DNA of 64,000 bases from Eledone cirrhosa (taxonomy: Eukaryota): assembly GCA_964016885.1 (NCBI GenBank), contig OZ024743.1:304110001-304174000 (forward strand). Direction: 5' to 3'. A model generated the notes under the pieces. It saw only the letters and a list, made by a program, of their open reading frames with translations. It did not search any database and was not told the DNA's origin. This document shows, one piece after another, positions 53,288 to 64,000 of the stretch (the stretch's first letter is position 1; each line of letters opens with the position of its first letter). The position numbers were made by a program, and so were the translations under genes.

Positions 53288-53292
<5 letters not shown>
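53107..53292 (+). mobile_element. Short (TA)n-associated repeat with a hammerhead-like core; second copy at 63243-63475
   Basis: Highly similar to 63289-63472. Confidence 0.8.
53137..53175 (+). ncRNA. Minimal type I hammerhead-ribozyme-like motif (one core substitution)
   Basis: TGAAC-CTGCAGA-T-TGC GAAA GCA-T-GAA-AGTACT-T-GTTCA: stem I, CUGANGA-like box, stem II with GNRA loop, GAAA and palindromic stem III. Confidence 0.6.
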
Positions 53293-53331
<39 letters not shown>

Positions 53332-54012
53332 TACATATACATAAATATATATATGTATATGTATATAGTGGATGTAATAGGGGGAAATACTGGTGTTGGT
53401 GCCAAATCAAGCAAATTTCGTTTACATATGAAAAATATGTATTGGGTATCGACCTGTTACGAGCGTTTCGCAGAGGATTGGCACAAATTGATACATAGGA
53501 AGTATGGCCCTGATTCTAGTATCAATATACTCCTCAGATCACCAGAAACGGTATCGTAATTTTATATCTGTATGTGCTAATGAGATCTATGGATCTACTA
53601 GATAAAGCTATTTACCACACCCTAATTTCAGGAAAACAATGACAGATATTGTACATATGATAGCCGATGTTTCATACAGTGATAAAATATGGGATTTCGG
53701 TCAACCATATATATGTATATACCTTATCTATATAACTGAAGACACACATACAAAAACAAACACATATACATGCACACAGACAGAAATACGCAGAAGCAAA
53801 GAAACAGCATTCATATAAAATAAAACCATGGCCACAACTCACTATGGAATATGACTAGGTCTTATATAGCATACTTTCTTCGAGCAGTCACAGAAACAAC
53901 CGTCACTTAATATGATCATCCATGTCAAACGAAAAATCAATGATAAATTAGACGTATTTGAGACTTGAATTAAGAAATCATAGAACCGAAATAAATACCC
54001 AACACTCTAAAA

Positions 54013-54199
54013 CAGCATTTCTCAACATTTCTCATCATTTTCCCCTCGTGGAACCCTTAATTAGTTTTCGTGGCTCATGGAGCCCATGCATGAAGATTAT
54101 TATACACTATTATTAATATCTATCTCTTTTAGATTACTTTTCCCTGTTTCTCACGAAATCCAGAGCGACCTCTTACGAAACACCGGTTGAGAAACGCTG
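54013..54199. mobile_element. hAT-type MITE
   Basis: TIRs CAGCATTTCTCAAC / GTTGAGAAACGCTG. Degenerate 8-bp TSD CTCTAAAA / CTTTAATA. Confidence 0.75.
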
Positions 54200-54699
54200 C
54201 TTTAATAACTCTGCCAAATCGACCACACACGGGACAATTTAATGCTGAATATTGTGCAGTAATGCAGCCCAACAACTAGGAAAACAATATCTCGGTAGAA
54301 AGGTTGGATATTAGCTAAAAAAAATAGACTTATAATTTGGTTGCCAGCATTGCTAAGATCAGATTGTATTCATTCACACAAGAATGAATGAAAGGAATCT
54401 TCTGAAACGAATGAATTCCACACACTGTATAGACGGTGTGCTGTTTCATTCGATGTTTACGAGAATGAAGTCAGCTTTGATGTTTCTACTATCTGAATAA
54501 GAACTCCAATAATTTCAATATCTTTCTCCTTACATCTCTACTCTTCACTAACCTTGCCAGAGTTAAGGCAAAAATTGAGAAAACAACATGCCAACAAAAT
54601 CAATTTTTTTTCCTCATAACAAAAACCACTAATTCTTGTTGCGTCGTACAGGGGATGAATATTTAACTAGAAATAATCATAATAAAAATGACGATACTA

Positions 54700-54900
54700 T
54701 CACCACCACCACCACCCTCGCCGCCACCGCCGCCGCCGCCGCCATACAACTACTACTACTATTACTACTACTACTGCTACTACTACTGCCACTACTACTG
54801 CCGCTACTACTACTACTACTACTACTACTACTGCTACTGCCGCTACTACTACTACTACTACTACTACTACTGCCGCTACTACTACGGTGACGGCGACGAC
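54700..54900. repeat. Compound trinucleotide microsatellite (CAC)n-(CGC)n-(TAC/TGC)n
   Basis: Direct reading. Confidence 0.95.
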
Positions 54901-54943
54901 AAAGCGCTCGTATTATAATATAGATTATTGTTAATAATATAAT

Positions 54944-57900
54944 GATTTCATTTATTGGCCACAAGGGCCGACATATAGGGGACAATACAAAAGACTGAGA
55001 CAGTGGGGTTTTACAGAAAAATCGAGTAAACAATATGAATAGCAATAACAAAGTAACAATAAGAAAGTAACAATAAAGTAACAAGAAAATTATAAGAAAA
55101 AAATTCCCCAATAAGGGGGATGACCACCTAGTGTTCGCTCAGTACTCCACCAGTCCTGAACGATCCGACGCTTCGAGAGCACCCTGAAAGGACACCCCTC
55201 TCCTCTTCAAATTTACCTACCTACAGCCGCATAACCAGAGTAGGCCCACTCACACGGGCCATTCTCGCCACCTTCACCCACCTTTCAGCAAACGTATGGG
55301 GGGCAGCCTTTCTCTCTCCACCCTCAGCTTGCTTTCCTTTCCAAGTGAAACTTGAAAAAGTTGATGTGGGATTGGCCGAAGAGAAAAGTGTCTGTCTTCA
55401 GTCTTTTCAACCTCGTTCACCATACAACCTCTTTAGCTACTGCCACTAGACAGAGGAAAATTGCCTGCCCTTCCTGGCCAAAAGAAGGCGGTGGGTCGAT
55501 CTTCACTATGGACTCGGCCGAGAGCCGGATCCGTTCTACACGCGACAAGAGCTGTTCAACATAACTCCACAAGTCAGTAATGCACGGACACTGGACGAGT
55601 GCGTGCAGAACGGCTTCGTCGTTCTACGCGCATCTCGGGCTGGTCCGTCTGACAGCACTTCCGTGCCTGTAGAGTTTAATTCGAACCGGCAGTGCCCCCT
55701 GGTAGCAATGCCAAGCGAGGGATTTTTGGGAAATTATCCATCGACCCCGGCTCGAAAGTCCTCCGGATCAGACTGGTTAGTTCGATTTCGTTGACTCCCA
55801 GAGCCTCTCCGAATGCGTCGTCGCATTTACCCACCACTAATCCCTATAGAACTCGAGGGTAGAAGTTCCACTAACCGCATTGCCCTCCTGGTAGAGGGCA
55901 GTGACTTCCTGGCAACATTCCAGATGCCAGTCACCCAGTCTCGGTCTCTTCTTGACCCAGCACTGCAACTCAGTCAAAGAAACGAGCTGCAGAAATGCCC
56001 GTCTGATAAGCGGCGGCCACACCTGTTCACCGTTTAGGCAGAATATCTGGAGATGCCGCAGCCTCAGCGCGTGCCTGCGCATCATTAGACACGGCATGCC
56101 CACCCTCACGTAGAGTGTGCTGGCAGCAGATGGACCGCCTCACCAGCGAAACCTGACCCCTCCACAAGAATTTGAAGAGGAGCCGCTCCAAGATGGCGAG
56201 GTGCGAACGGGGGCAAGGGACGACAGTCAGACGGTAGTAGACGACGGACGCGATGTACGCGTTCGCCACCTCCGCCCGACATTTCAGTGATAGTTTCATC
56301 CCAGCCCATTTCTGGTTGAGACTGACTACCTGCCCATACCTCGGCCCAATTCTTATCCACCTGGAGGTCGGGCCCGAACTAAACCCCTAGCAACTTTACC
56401 GATCCGTCCGTCCAGCGCCTAACGACGCTGTTGGACGGCATGGACTTGCCTCTCCAGGTGCCGAGCTGCAAGCCCACTGACTTTTCCGGGTTAAGTCTTG
56501 CTCCCATCAACCTTTCATATCCCTCCAATATTTCTGAAGTGTCCAACACCATCACGGTGATGTCGTCCGCATAAGCCGACACAGCCTTTCCACGTCCCGG
56601 TTCGAACGGGATGCCCTGCAACAGCTCCATCTTCCGCAGTAAAGGCTCGAGAGTCAATACGTACAGAAGGGAGGTGAGAGGGCAACCTTGACGGACCGAT
56701 CGGGAGACCTGAAACGGTTCTGAAGACGGGGCCGAAGCCAGCCGCCTTGAGGACAGCCTCCAGATACCGATGGTCGACCCTATCGAATGCTTTCGATTCA
56801 TCTAAATTGATCAGAGCCCCACCGAAGCCAGGTTTACACCCAACCCTCTCTATGATGTATCGCATTAGGTGGAGGTTGTCGTGTATGGACCTGGTTGGGA
56901 TTGCGCAAGTTTGCGCCTCGCCAACCAAATCCCCGACGACAAGCGCCAACCTCTTCGCTAACACCCTTACCAAACTCTGTATTGAGCAGAGTTATGGGCG
57001 TGAAATTGTCTAATGTGCCCCTCTTGTTCTCGTCTCTCCTTATCAGCGTCACTACGGCCCGGCTCACAGAACTGCGAATACTCCCGTTTTGCTGCCAGTT
57101 GCAGTAGAGGGCTTCGAGGAGATTGGAGAACAAGTCTGGTATATTTACGTAAAGCTCATAGGGCAGACCATCCAAACCGAGTGACTTGCGCCTCATGCAG
57201 CCGACAAGGGCATCCTGAATCTCGGCTGAAGTAATTGACCTTTCGCAGCGCCCCGCGTCCGCCGTCGAGATTTGCGGTAAGCCATCGAAGTAGGGACTGA
57301 AGTTCGACACCATATCTAACCCGCAACTTTCCTCGAACAACCGAGCAAAATGTTGGCGAAAGGCCTCACACTAACAATGCAACCTTCGTGTTTCGCATTG
57401 AAGAAATCGTCTCATGCCATTCTCTCCGCCAACACGTCAGTTTCAATGCCACTACCAATAGCCTCGTCTAACTTATCTACCAACTCCCCCTCCTTTCTAT
57501 TTTTCTCTAACGCTACTTCTTGCTAAACTCTATCGACATTACTCTAATCTCTCTTTTGAGTGCCCCCCCCCCTCACCATCTATTGTTGACGATTCCCCTG
57601 TCAACTTTTTCTAAGCTAAATTGTTGACCTGGTCCCTGTAAGCCTTACGTGCCGGAAATGACATGTTTAGCTTCCAGTAACCAGGTCCTAACCTACGCGT
57701 CTTATCTACGTCGACCATACAGATCACAAACTTGTGATCTGAATAGGCGACCGTTTCAAAACATGGACAGCTTACACTATTTCTGTCTACTTTCCTAATG
57801 AATATCCTGTCTATATACGATCTAGATGACCCTATGCGGTTAGTTCAGGTCCACACTGGCGCATTAGGGAAATCTAGTCGTTACCTGTCCGACAGTTGGA

Positions 57901-60555
57901 ACTGGCTGATCAGGTTCTTGAGGCTTTTACATCTCCCGCTCCTACCGGATACTCCCACACAGTCCCAACGTGCGTCTAAGATGCCGTTCCAGTCCTCCGC
58001 TAACAGTAATGGGCGAGACGTACCCAGAGAGGCTTCCAGGCGTCTAAAGAAGTCCGGCCGTCCTGCCCCAGTAGGAGCATAGACGGCCACCAGTCTAAAG
58101 GCACCACCTTCGTTATTGTTCACGCCAGGACCACCAACTTCCCGTCCGGGTGCCGGAAGAGCAATCTTACCTCGAGATCCAGGCCTATCCTAAGCAGTAA
58201 TGCCACCCCGCCTCCCATTCCCGGCCGGCTAACAGGTGCAAGGATCTGATAGTCGTCGAAAATGGGGGCTAGTGTGCGTGTGTCGGAAATCCTGGTCTCG
58301 CTGACGGCAATTACATCCATTTCTAGAGACCTGAGGTCGTTGAGCAGGTGACCCTGCTTCCAGGACGATCCCAGGCCTCGAACATTTAAACATCCTACTC
58401 TTAATACGGACATGTTAGAATGTTACAGAGAGAGAGAGGAAAGATTTACTTACCTTCCGAGATCTTGTGAAGGTCGGGTGGGACGACCTCCATAGTTGGT
58501 GGGGTTTCTTTTGGGAACCCCTTTAAAAGTCTTGAAGTGGGTTTTACGTTCGGGGTTCCCACGCCCCGAGGAAAGCTGTCTCGTATTTCTTTGTATAAAT
58601 CGAGCGACATTCGAACCAGAATCAAATCTTCCGGCACGCGAAATGTGCTCGATTTAAAAATGTCCCCTTCTTTTTGTATGTTTCGTTGGTGTGATTTTAT
58701 TTGTTTACGTGGCTGTGGTGGTGATGGTTTTGGTGGTATTGTTTCGGTTGTGTCTGTGTTTGTTGTGAGTGCGGTGTCTGTGGTTTCAGATGTTTGTGTG
58801 TATATTTGTTCTTGCGTCTGTTTAGGTTGTTTGCGCTTGCGGGATACTGGTGATGCTGATGGTGGTGTTGATGTTGGTGTTATTGGAGAGATATTTGCGT
58901 AGGTGGTGTCTGCGTTTTTTTATTGTGGGTGATTTTGTGCTTTGTTGAATTTTTTTTTTCTTTTTGTGTTTCCTTTTTTTATATTTTGGGGGATTTGGGT
59001 TTTCCCTCATCTTCACTACTGGTAGATGAGGGGTCTGGTGTCTGTATGTATGTTTATGGTTTTATTGGTGTGTGTATTTTTGTTGGGGAGGGGGAATTTG
59101 ACAGGTTTCCTCGTTTCCCCCCTGGGTGGTCAATGTTGGTGGTGGTTTTTCTATTGGTGTTGTTGTTGGTGGTTTTTGCCGGTACTGGTGTTGGTCGTGG
59201 TCCTCGCCCCGGCGTCGGCAGCAATGGAGCCTTTCGACCGCTTGCCTCTTTCCACAGTTGAGGGCAGAAGGCTCGCAAATGGGTTTTTCCCCACAAACAA
59301 AACAATGCGGCATTTTGACATCAGTCATAATGTAAATGACCATCTCATTCTGAAGGTGGATGTGGTCAGAGATTGTCTTCAAATTCTCCGGCCTGCTCTG
59401 GAGAAGGATCTCCAGGTCAACTCCGGACCAATCCTCTCTGGCCGTTCTGGTCACTTCTATAGGGACGGTATCCGTCCCCTCCACAATCACACATCCTAGA
59501 AGCCACCACATGTCATGTCCTGGTAAGATTCTGGGAAAGCGGAGATAGGCCGTTCTTTTTCCCATGTGGGAGGGGTACATTATTACTTTGCTGATTTTGC
59601 AAGGAGTCATAGCGTGTTTCATAGCGAGGGCTTCTGGCTTGAACAACACCGAAATGGTGCCGCACTGTCTGCCCCTCGCTATGTCTTCGGTGTCTTCTCT
59701 GATGCACCTCAGCGCGACCTCGACATCTGCTTGTGGGATTAAAGCTGCCCTTTTGGTTTGTGCTGAGATGCATCTATAATGCACCGTTCTGCGCTCCACT
59801 GCCTAAATAGCTTCTACCGGGACAGTTAAGTTGGCCCAGGTTTGTTCTTACTTGATGAGCTTCCATGCCTGGGCCAACTTTTCATATTTGTTTGAAAGGT
59901 CCATGTTGAAGCATGGCCTCTTTTTTGCTGCTGCCGCAACGAAAATGTTCTTCTTATTGTCGTTGGGAGTGTTGCTGTCGTTGTTCTTGTTGGTTTGTTG
60001 TTATTACTGTCGCTGTTATCATTGTTGTATTTGGTGCCGCCGTTGTTCTCGGTGCAGTTGATATTGTTGCTGTTGGTGTTGTCGATATTGGTTTTCATGC
60101 TAGTGGTGTTGATACTGTTGTTGCATTTGTCATTATTTCTGTTATCTGTATTTTCGTTGTCGCTGTTACTGTCATTTTTTTTCAAAATAAGAGTTCTCAG
60201 TGTTGTTATCATTGCTGTCTTTGTTCACATTGTTTGTGGTGGTGTTTGTTGTATCAATTTCTGTTAAATTTGCCGTAGCGCTCCTCTCAACTTCTACGTC
60301 GTTGTCGTACGACAGCAGAGATATCGCTGGGGCGTTGCTCAGCCATGTTTTTTTTTCTTTTTTCGATAATTCTTTTTTAAATGTAAAAGAATTCAAATAT
60401 TTGGGTCTTAGGGCCCAAATATTATTCTTTCCCCTTCACAGGGCAGAGTCCAAGGGCTTGTATGTCTTACGCAACAACAAAAAATGCAATAAATAAGTTT
60501 TGACAGGTAAATAAATAAACTTACGGGAGCGAGCAAAAAGACGTCCGTTCAGACT
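54944..60555 (-). mobile_element. Tx1-clade LINE, family B copy 3, full-length ends, frameshifted
   Basis: Same 3' end as B1 and B2. EN start MSVLRVGCLNVRGL at 58413. YADD present. The 5' end AGTCTGAACGGACGT adjoins the degenerate AT tail of the SINE at 60583. Confidence 0.93.
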
Positions 60556-60582
60556 AAATAATTATTTTTAATAATATAATAA

Positions 60583-60757
60583 GTGTTTCTACTTTTGGCA
60601 CAGAGCAACCAGTTATTCCAGTTAATTATTGGTACTTTATTCTATCGATCCTATAAGGATAAAAGGAAAAGTTATGCTCGGTGGTATTTGAACTCAGACC
60701 GTAAAGGGCCGTAACTCTATGCTACAAATCATGGCGTCCGACCCTCCACCGATACTG
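60583..60757 (-). mobile_element. SINE (OK-like)
   Basis: Homologous to 31321-31507. Confidence 0.8.
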
Positions 60758-61027
60758 TATAATAATGATGGTATTGATGATGGTCTTGGTGATGCTATTT
60801 TGGGTTGTAGTGGTAGTGGGGTCGGGTTTCAATTATTACTGATGTTGTCATATAAGTTGGATGATGATGACGTAAGGAGAATATTGATGGTGGTGACATT
60901 GTTGATGAGTTTGTCCCATATTATAGACATTCTTTTAAAATCCAATAAGTGCAACCATTTGTTTCTACTCATTCTGCTTAGAAAACATTTCATGTAGCCA
61001 ATACAAGCAGATTTCGAAAGAAATAAT

Positions 61028-61211
61028 TGTTTCTACATTTGGCACGAGGCTTGTAATTATTTCCAGTGCATTACTGGTACTTTATCTTATCTAAAGCGTA
61101 AGAATGAAAGGCAGAGTTAACCTCAGCGGGATTTGAACTCAAAATATAAAGGGACGTAACTTTATGCTGGAAAACAGGGTCCCTGACCCTCTACCAATGC
61201 TGCCAATCCAC
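61028..61211 (-). mobile_element. SINE (OK-like)
   Basis: Homologous to 31321-31507. Confidence 0.8.
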
Positions 61212-61214
61212 TAC

Positions 61215-62848
61215 GGTTTTCAAAAGTATTATCGCTCACCCATACCAACGTTTTGGATATTACCCTAAATTTGGTGAACCAACTGTACTATACATTCCAC
61301 AAAAACCTACATTACACAAATAGATATTCCACCCACCCGAGCGCAATCAATAAACATTTGGTAAAAACATCTTCCGTTTTCATGTCTGTCTGCCAAAGAG
61401 CAAATTGTCCATGAGCATGCACCTCATTCTAACTTGGCCCTCTAGAAAGGCGGATTTAAAGAAGGACTTACCTACCACCAATGCCCCGACCGAAGAAGTA
61501 GCAGGTGGTGCCCCTGCACATGTATCATTACCTGGTTTAATTCTCTTCACAACGCTGAGGTCACCACACCAATCAGGAAAGTCTTCTTCAAACTTCTCAA
61601 CAAACCCTTCCCACCCCACCATTGCTACCAAAACATCTTCAACACTGACAGGTAAACCTTTTTAAAGCACCTCACCCAACTTCATACAGATTACTGCTTC
61701 CTACAACACTGTCAAATAGAATTCTATAAGATCACACTTATGCTTCAACGAGGATAAAACCAGGCCATGTAATTGCAGGGAGTAAAACACTTGTCCTGTA
61801 AACACGAAATGCCGGCAACGGCATCTGGCACCGTGACAACTGAACACGCCGACAAAATATATATCTGATTAAACATCTACAAATTTAGGACAACTTTCTA
61901 CCAGTATCAACACAGAATAGACACCCCAGCGCGAAGAAATCTTACAACAGTATTCAGCTACATATTGTGACAATAAGACTACCTACGACCTGACATAGAG
62001 TATCTTGTTCGAGGCTAAATCTTATATAGTTGGCCGCCGTCCATGCTATTTATGCCCGGAAGAAGCCATCAAGATTCGGTTCCGCAAAGAACATCTACTA
62101 AATAAATAGAGCGAATTTGTGACTTCATGCAAGAACCGTACTTACAAAACATACCTCATCATCAGTCCTTCACACTATACATATATATATATATATATAT
62201 ATATGGGGTAACAAATTATAGATATAGGTAATTCAACCCCATTAAGACAAGACAATCAGCAAAATTTTGACACACATTTGTCAAACCTCCCTTCACCATC
62301 CACCCTTAGCCCTTGGGTCTCACACTAGTATCTCCCAATTAATCTCTAATTTATTGCTTTTTCTTTTATCTGTCACTACCTCAGACTTTCCACACGTATC
62401 TATGTATGTTTCGAATATGACTTTTCATGTTAGCAATAAACCCACCACAGAATCCTTATACGGACAGTTACTCACCACCACCATTATCATATTCTGTACT
62501 CATACACTCTCACTTATCATTATTTCTTTACATGTCTATTATTTTTCCATTTTCTTACGTTGTTACTCTATCTTTTTCTTATCTTTTACTTTTTACATTT
62601 GTAACTTCTTTACCTATTTATCATATATATTTTATTATTGATGTTATTGTTTTGATTATAAGCTATTTCTCTATATATATCTTGGCTTGTATGAATTATT
62701 TTTGTATTCTCAGGATTTGATCAGAGATAAATAAGTTAATGGAGATCGAGTGACGCAACTTCGAGCGATTACCTGATCAATGAAACAATTGTTAATACCT
62801 GAAATAAAGCACCTTGTTGTACAGTCAGCCTTGTTACTCTTCATTCTT

Positions 62849-62852
<4 letters not shown>
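61215..62852 (+). mobile_element. Decayed Penelope-like element (GIY-YIG end plus pLTR-like tail)
   Basis: CNCR..CP near 61770. Sequence from 62044 reads CYLCPEEAIKI..LLNK*SEFVTSCK, matching the PLE C-terminal CxLC..E..LLNKRSE..C motif. Ends at (TA)n. Confidence 0.6.
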
Positions 62853-62880
<28 letters not shown>

Positions 62881-62886
<6 letters not shown>

Positions 62887-63045
62887 CAAGGTTCAGCAAA
62901 TAAGAAAGAGTTTTAAAATAATTTTTTAAAAATGCACTGTACCAGCTATGGTTGCCTTTACGGTAAAGTTAACCATAGAAGGTACAGTGAATTTTTAAAA
63001 ATTTATTTTAAAACTGTTTCTTATTTGCTAAACCTTAATTATATA
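62881..63045. repeat. Foldback/MITE-like palindrome, ~80-bp imperfect arms, in (TA)n
   Basis: aaggttcagcaaataagaaa..ttttaaaata..cactgtacc pairs with ggtacagtg..tattttaaaa..tttcttatttgctaaacctt. Confidence 0.85.
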
Positions 63046-63152
63046 TGTTCTGGCTCGTTAATTTATTAACCTGCCATAGAACCACATTGGCATATGGTTG
63101 GATAATACATGTGTCCCTATATGTATTTTGTTGTGTAGGGATATATACTTTA

Positions 63153-63210
<58 letters not shown>

Positions 63211-63242
63211 ACACGGGTGTGTATGATTGTATATAGAGGATT

Positions 63243-63475
63243 ATATTAATAAAAGGAATTCCAACTTTGTCTGATTTCAGCTGTTAAAAATTGCAAACTT
63301 GACTGACACCACAAAATACGAACCTGAAGATTGCGAAAGCATTAAGGTACTTGTTCAATTAACACTTAACATTTAACATTCTACCATACTATTTCATTCT
63401 AATACCATTATAATTTTAAAGGATTGTAAATAAAACGATTAAATCAGACAAAGTTGGAATTCCTTTTATTAATAT
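63243..63475 (+). mobile_element. Second copy of the hammerhead-bearing short repeat, with a 35-bp inverted copy of its 3' end at the 5' side
   Basis: 63243-63277 is the reverse complement of 63441-63475. Core GAAC-CTGAAGA-T-TGCGAAAGCA-T-TAAG-GTAC-TT-GTTC at 63320-63356. Confidence 0.8.
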
Positions 63476-64000
63476 ATATATATATATACGAGGTAACAAA
63501 TAATAGTTAAATGCAGTCACTTAGGTATAGTCCAGTTATGGTATTCCAGGTAGTGGATGATATCAAGGCTTGGCTTCGTTTGACTAAAAAGGCGTGTTCA
63601 TAGTGATGCTCCGGGTATGCTGTAATTCCTATGTTGTAAACACTTGGAGTAATAATAAATCAGGAAAGAAGGTTGACATGGTTTGCTATACAAAAAAGGT
63701 TTTTAATCTCATAGCTGACAATTGTTTCTCTGGGCTGGTAGGTCTAGAGATCGCTATTCGCTTATTTTCACGTTACTCGATCGCCAATACAAAATTATAA
63801 CCAGTCAGTTCTTCGGAGCATGCGAAAATGAACAGAATACACAGGCAAGAAAAGAATATACAGGCTACTATATGAAGTAGTAATGGCATTCAGTTAGAAC
63901 AATAACAACAATTACAACAATGCTATTAATAAATTATTTGAGGAGACACTGACATTACTTAGGTGGGGGGTATAGTGTATCTAAGATTTCGGCGTGTAAA

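Noticed and set aside
54636-55111. Poly-Leu, poly-Ser and poly-Tyr ORFs
   Set aside because: Translations of a trinucleotide microsatellite.
63488-64000. TACGAGG after (TA)n, a possible mariner end
   Set aside because: No partner TIR or transposase motif within the window.
1-64000. CRISPR array, retron/DGR or other prokaryotic RT system
   Set aside because: No regularly spaced repeat-spacer array. All RTs are eukaryotic non-LTR types (APE-RT or RT-RLE) in a microsatellite-rich animal genome.

Overview
AT-rich eukaryotic genomic DNA, inferred to be octopus (cephalopod) from an abundant tRNA-derived SINE resembling the octopus OK family. One intact host gene is evident: a single-coding-exon RING/B-box/coiled-coil/beta-propeller TRIM gene (17719-19542, minus). 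Most of the rest is transposon-derived. (i) Five minus-strand Tx1-clade LINEs of two families (A, B) keep precise 5' ends and are stacked in (AAT)n microsatellites. (ii) R4/Dong-type RLE LINEs sit in the same (AAT)n tracts, mostly on the opposite strand. (iii) There are about 10 SINE copies, a Buster/Charlie hAT with a perfect 8-bp TSD, a Helitron with intact ends, mariner and DD37D maT remnants, a Penelope-like remnant, and several (TA)n-embedded short or foldback elements with minimal hammerhead-ribozyme-like cores. The most notable observations are a 3' stem-loop (loop CTTGT) plus (ATT)n tail shared by both Tx1 families and the SINE (candidate new LINE-SINE partnership), and a conserved GT-AG mini-intron-like signal at the Tx1 ORF1/ORF2 junction whose removal would fuse the two ORFs in frame in both families. 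All alignments and folds were done by eye; nothing was computed or searched.
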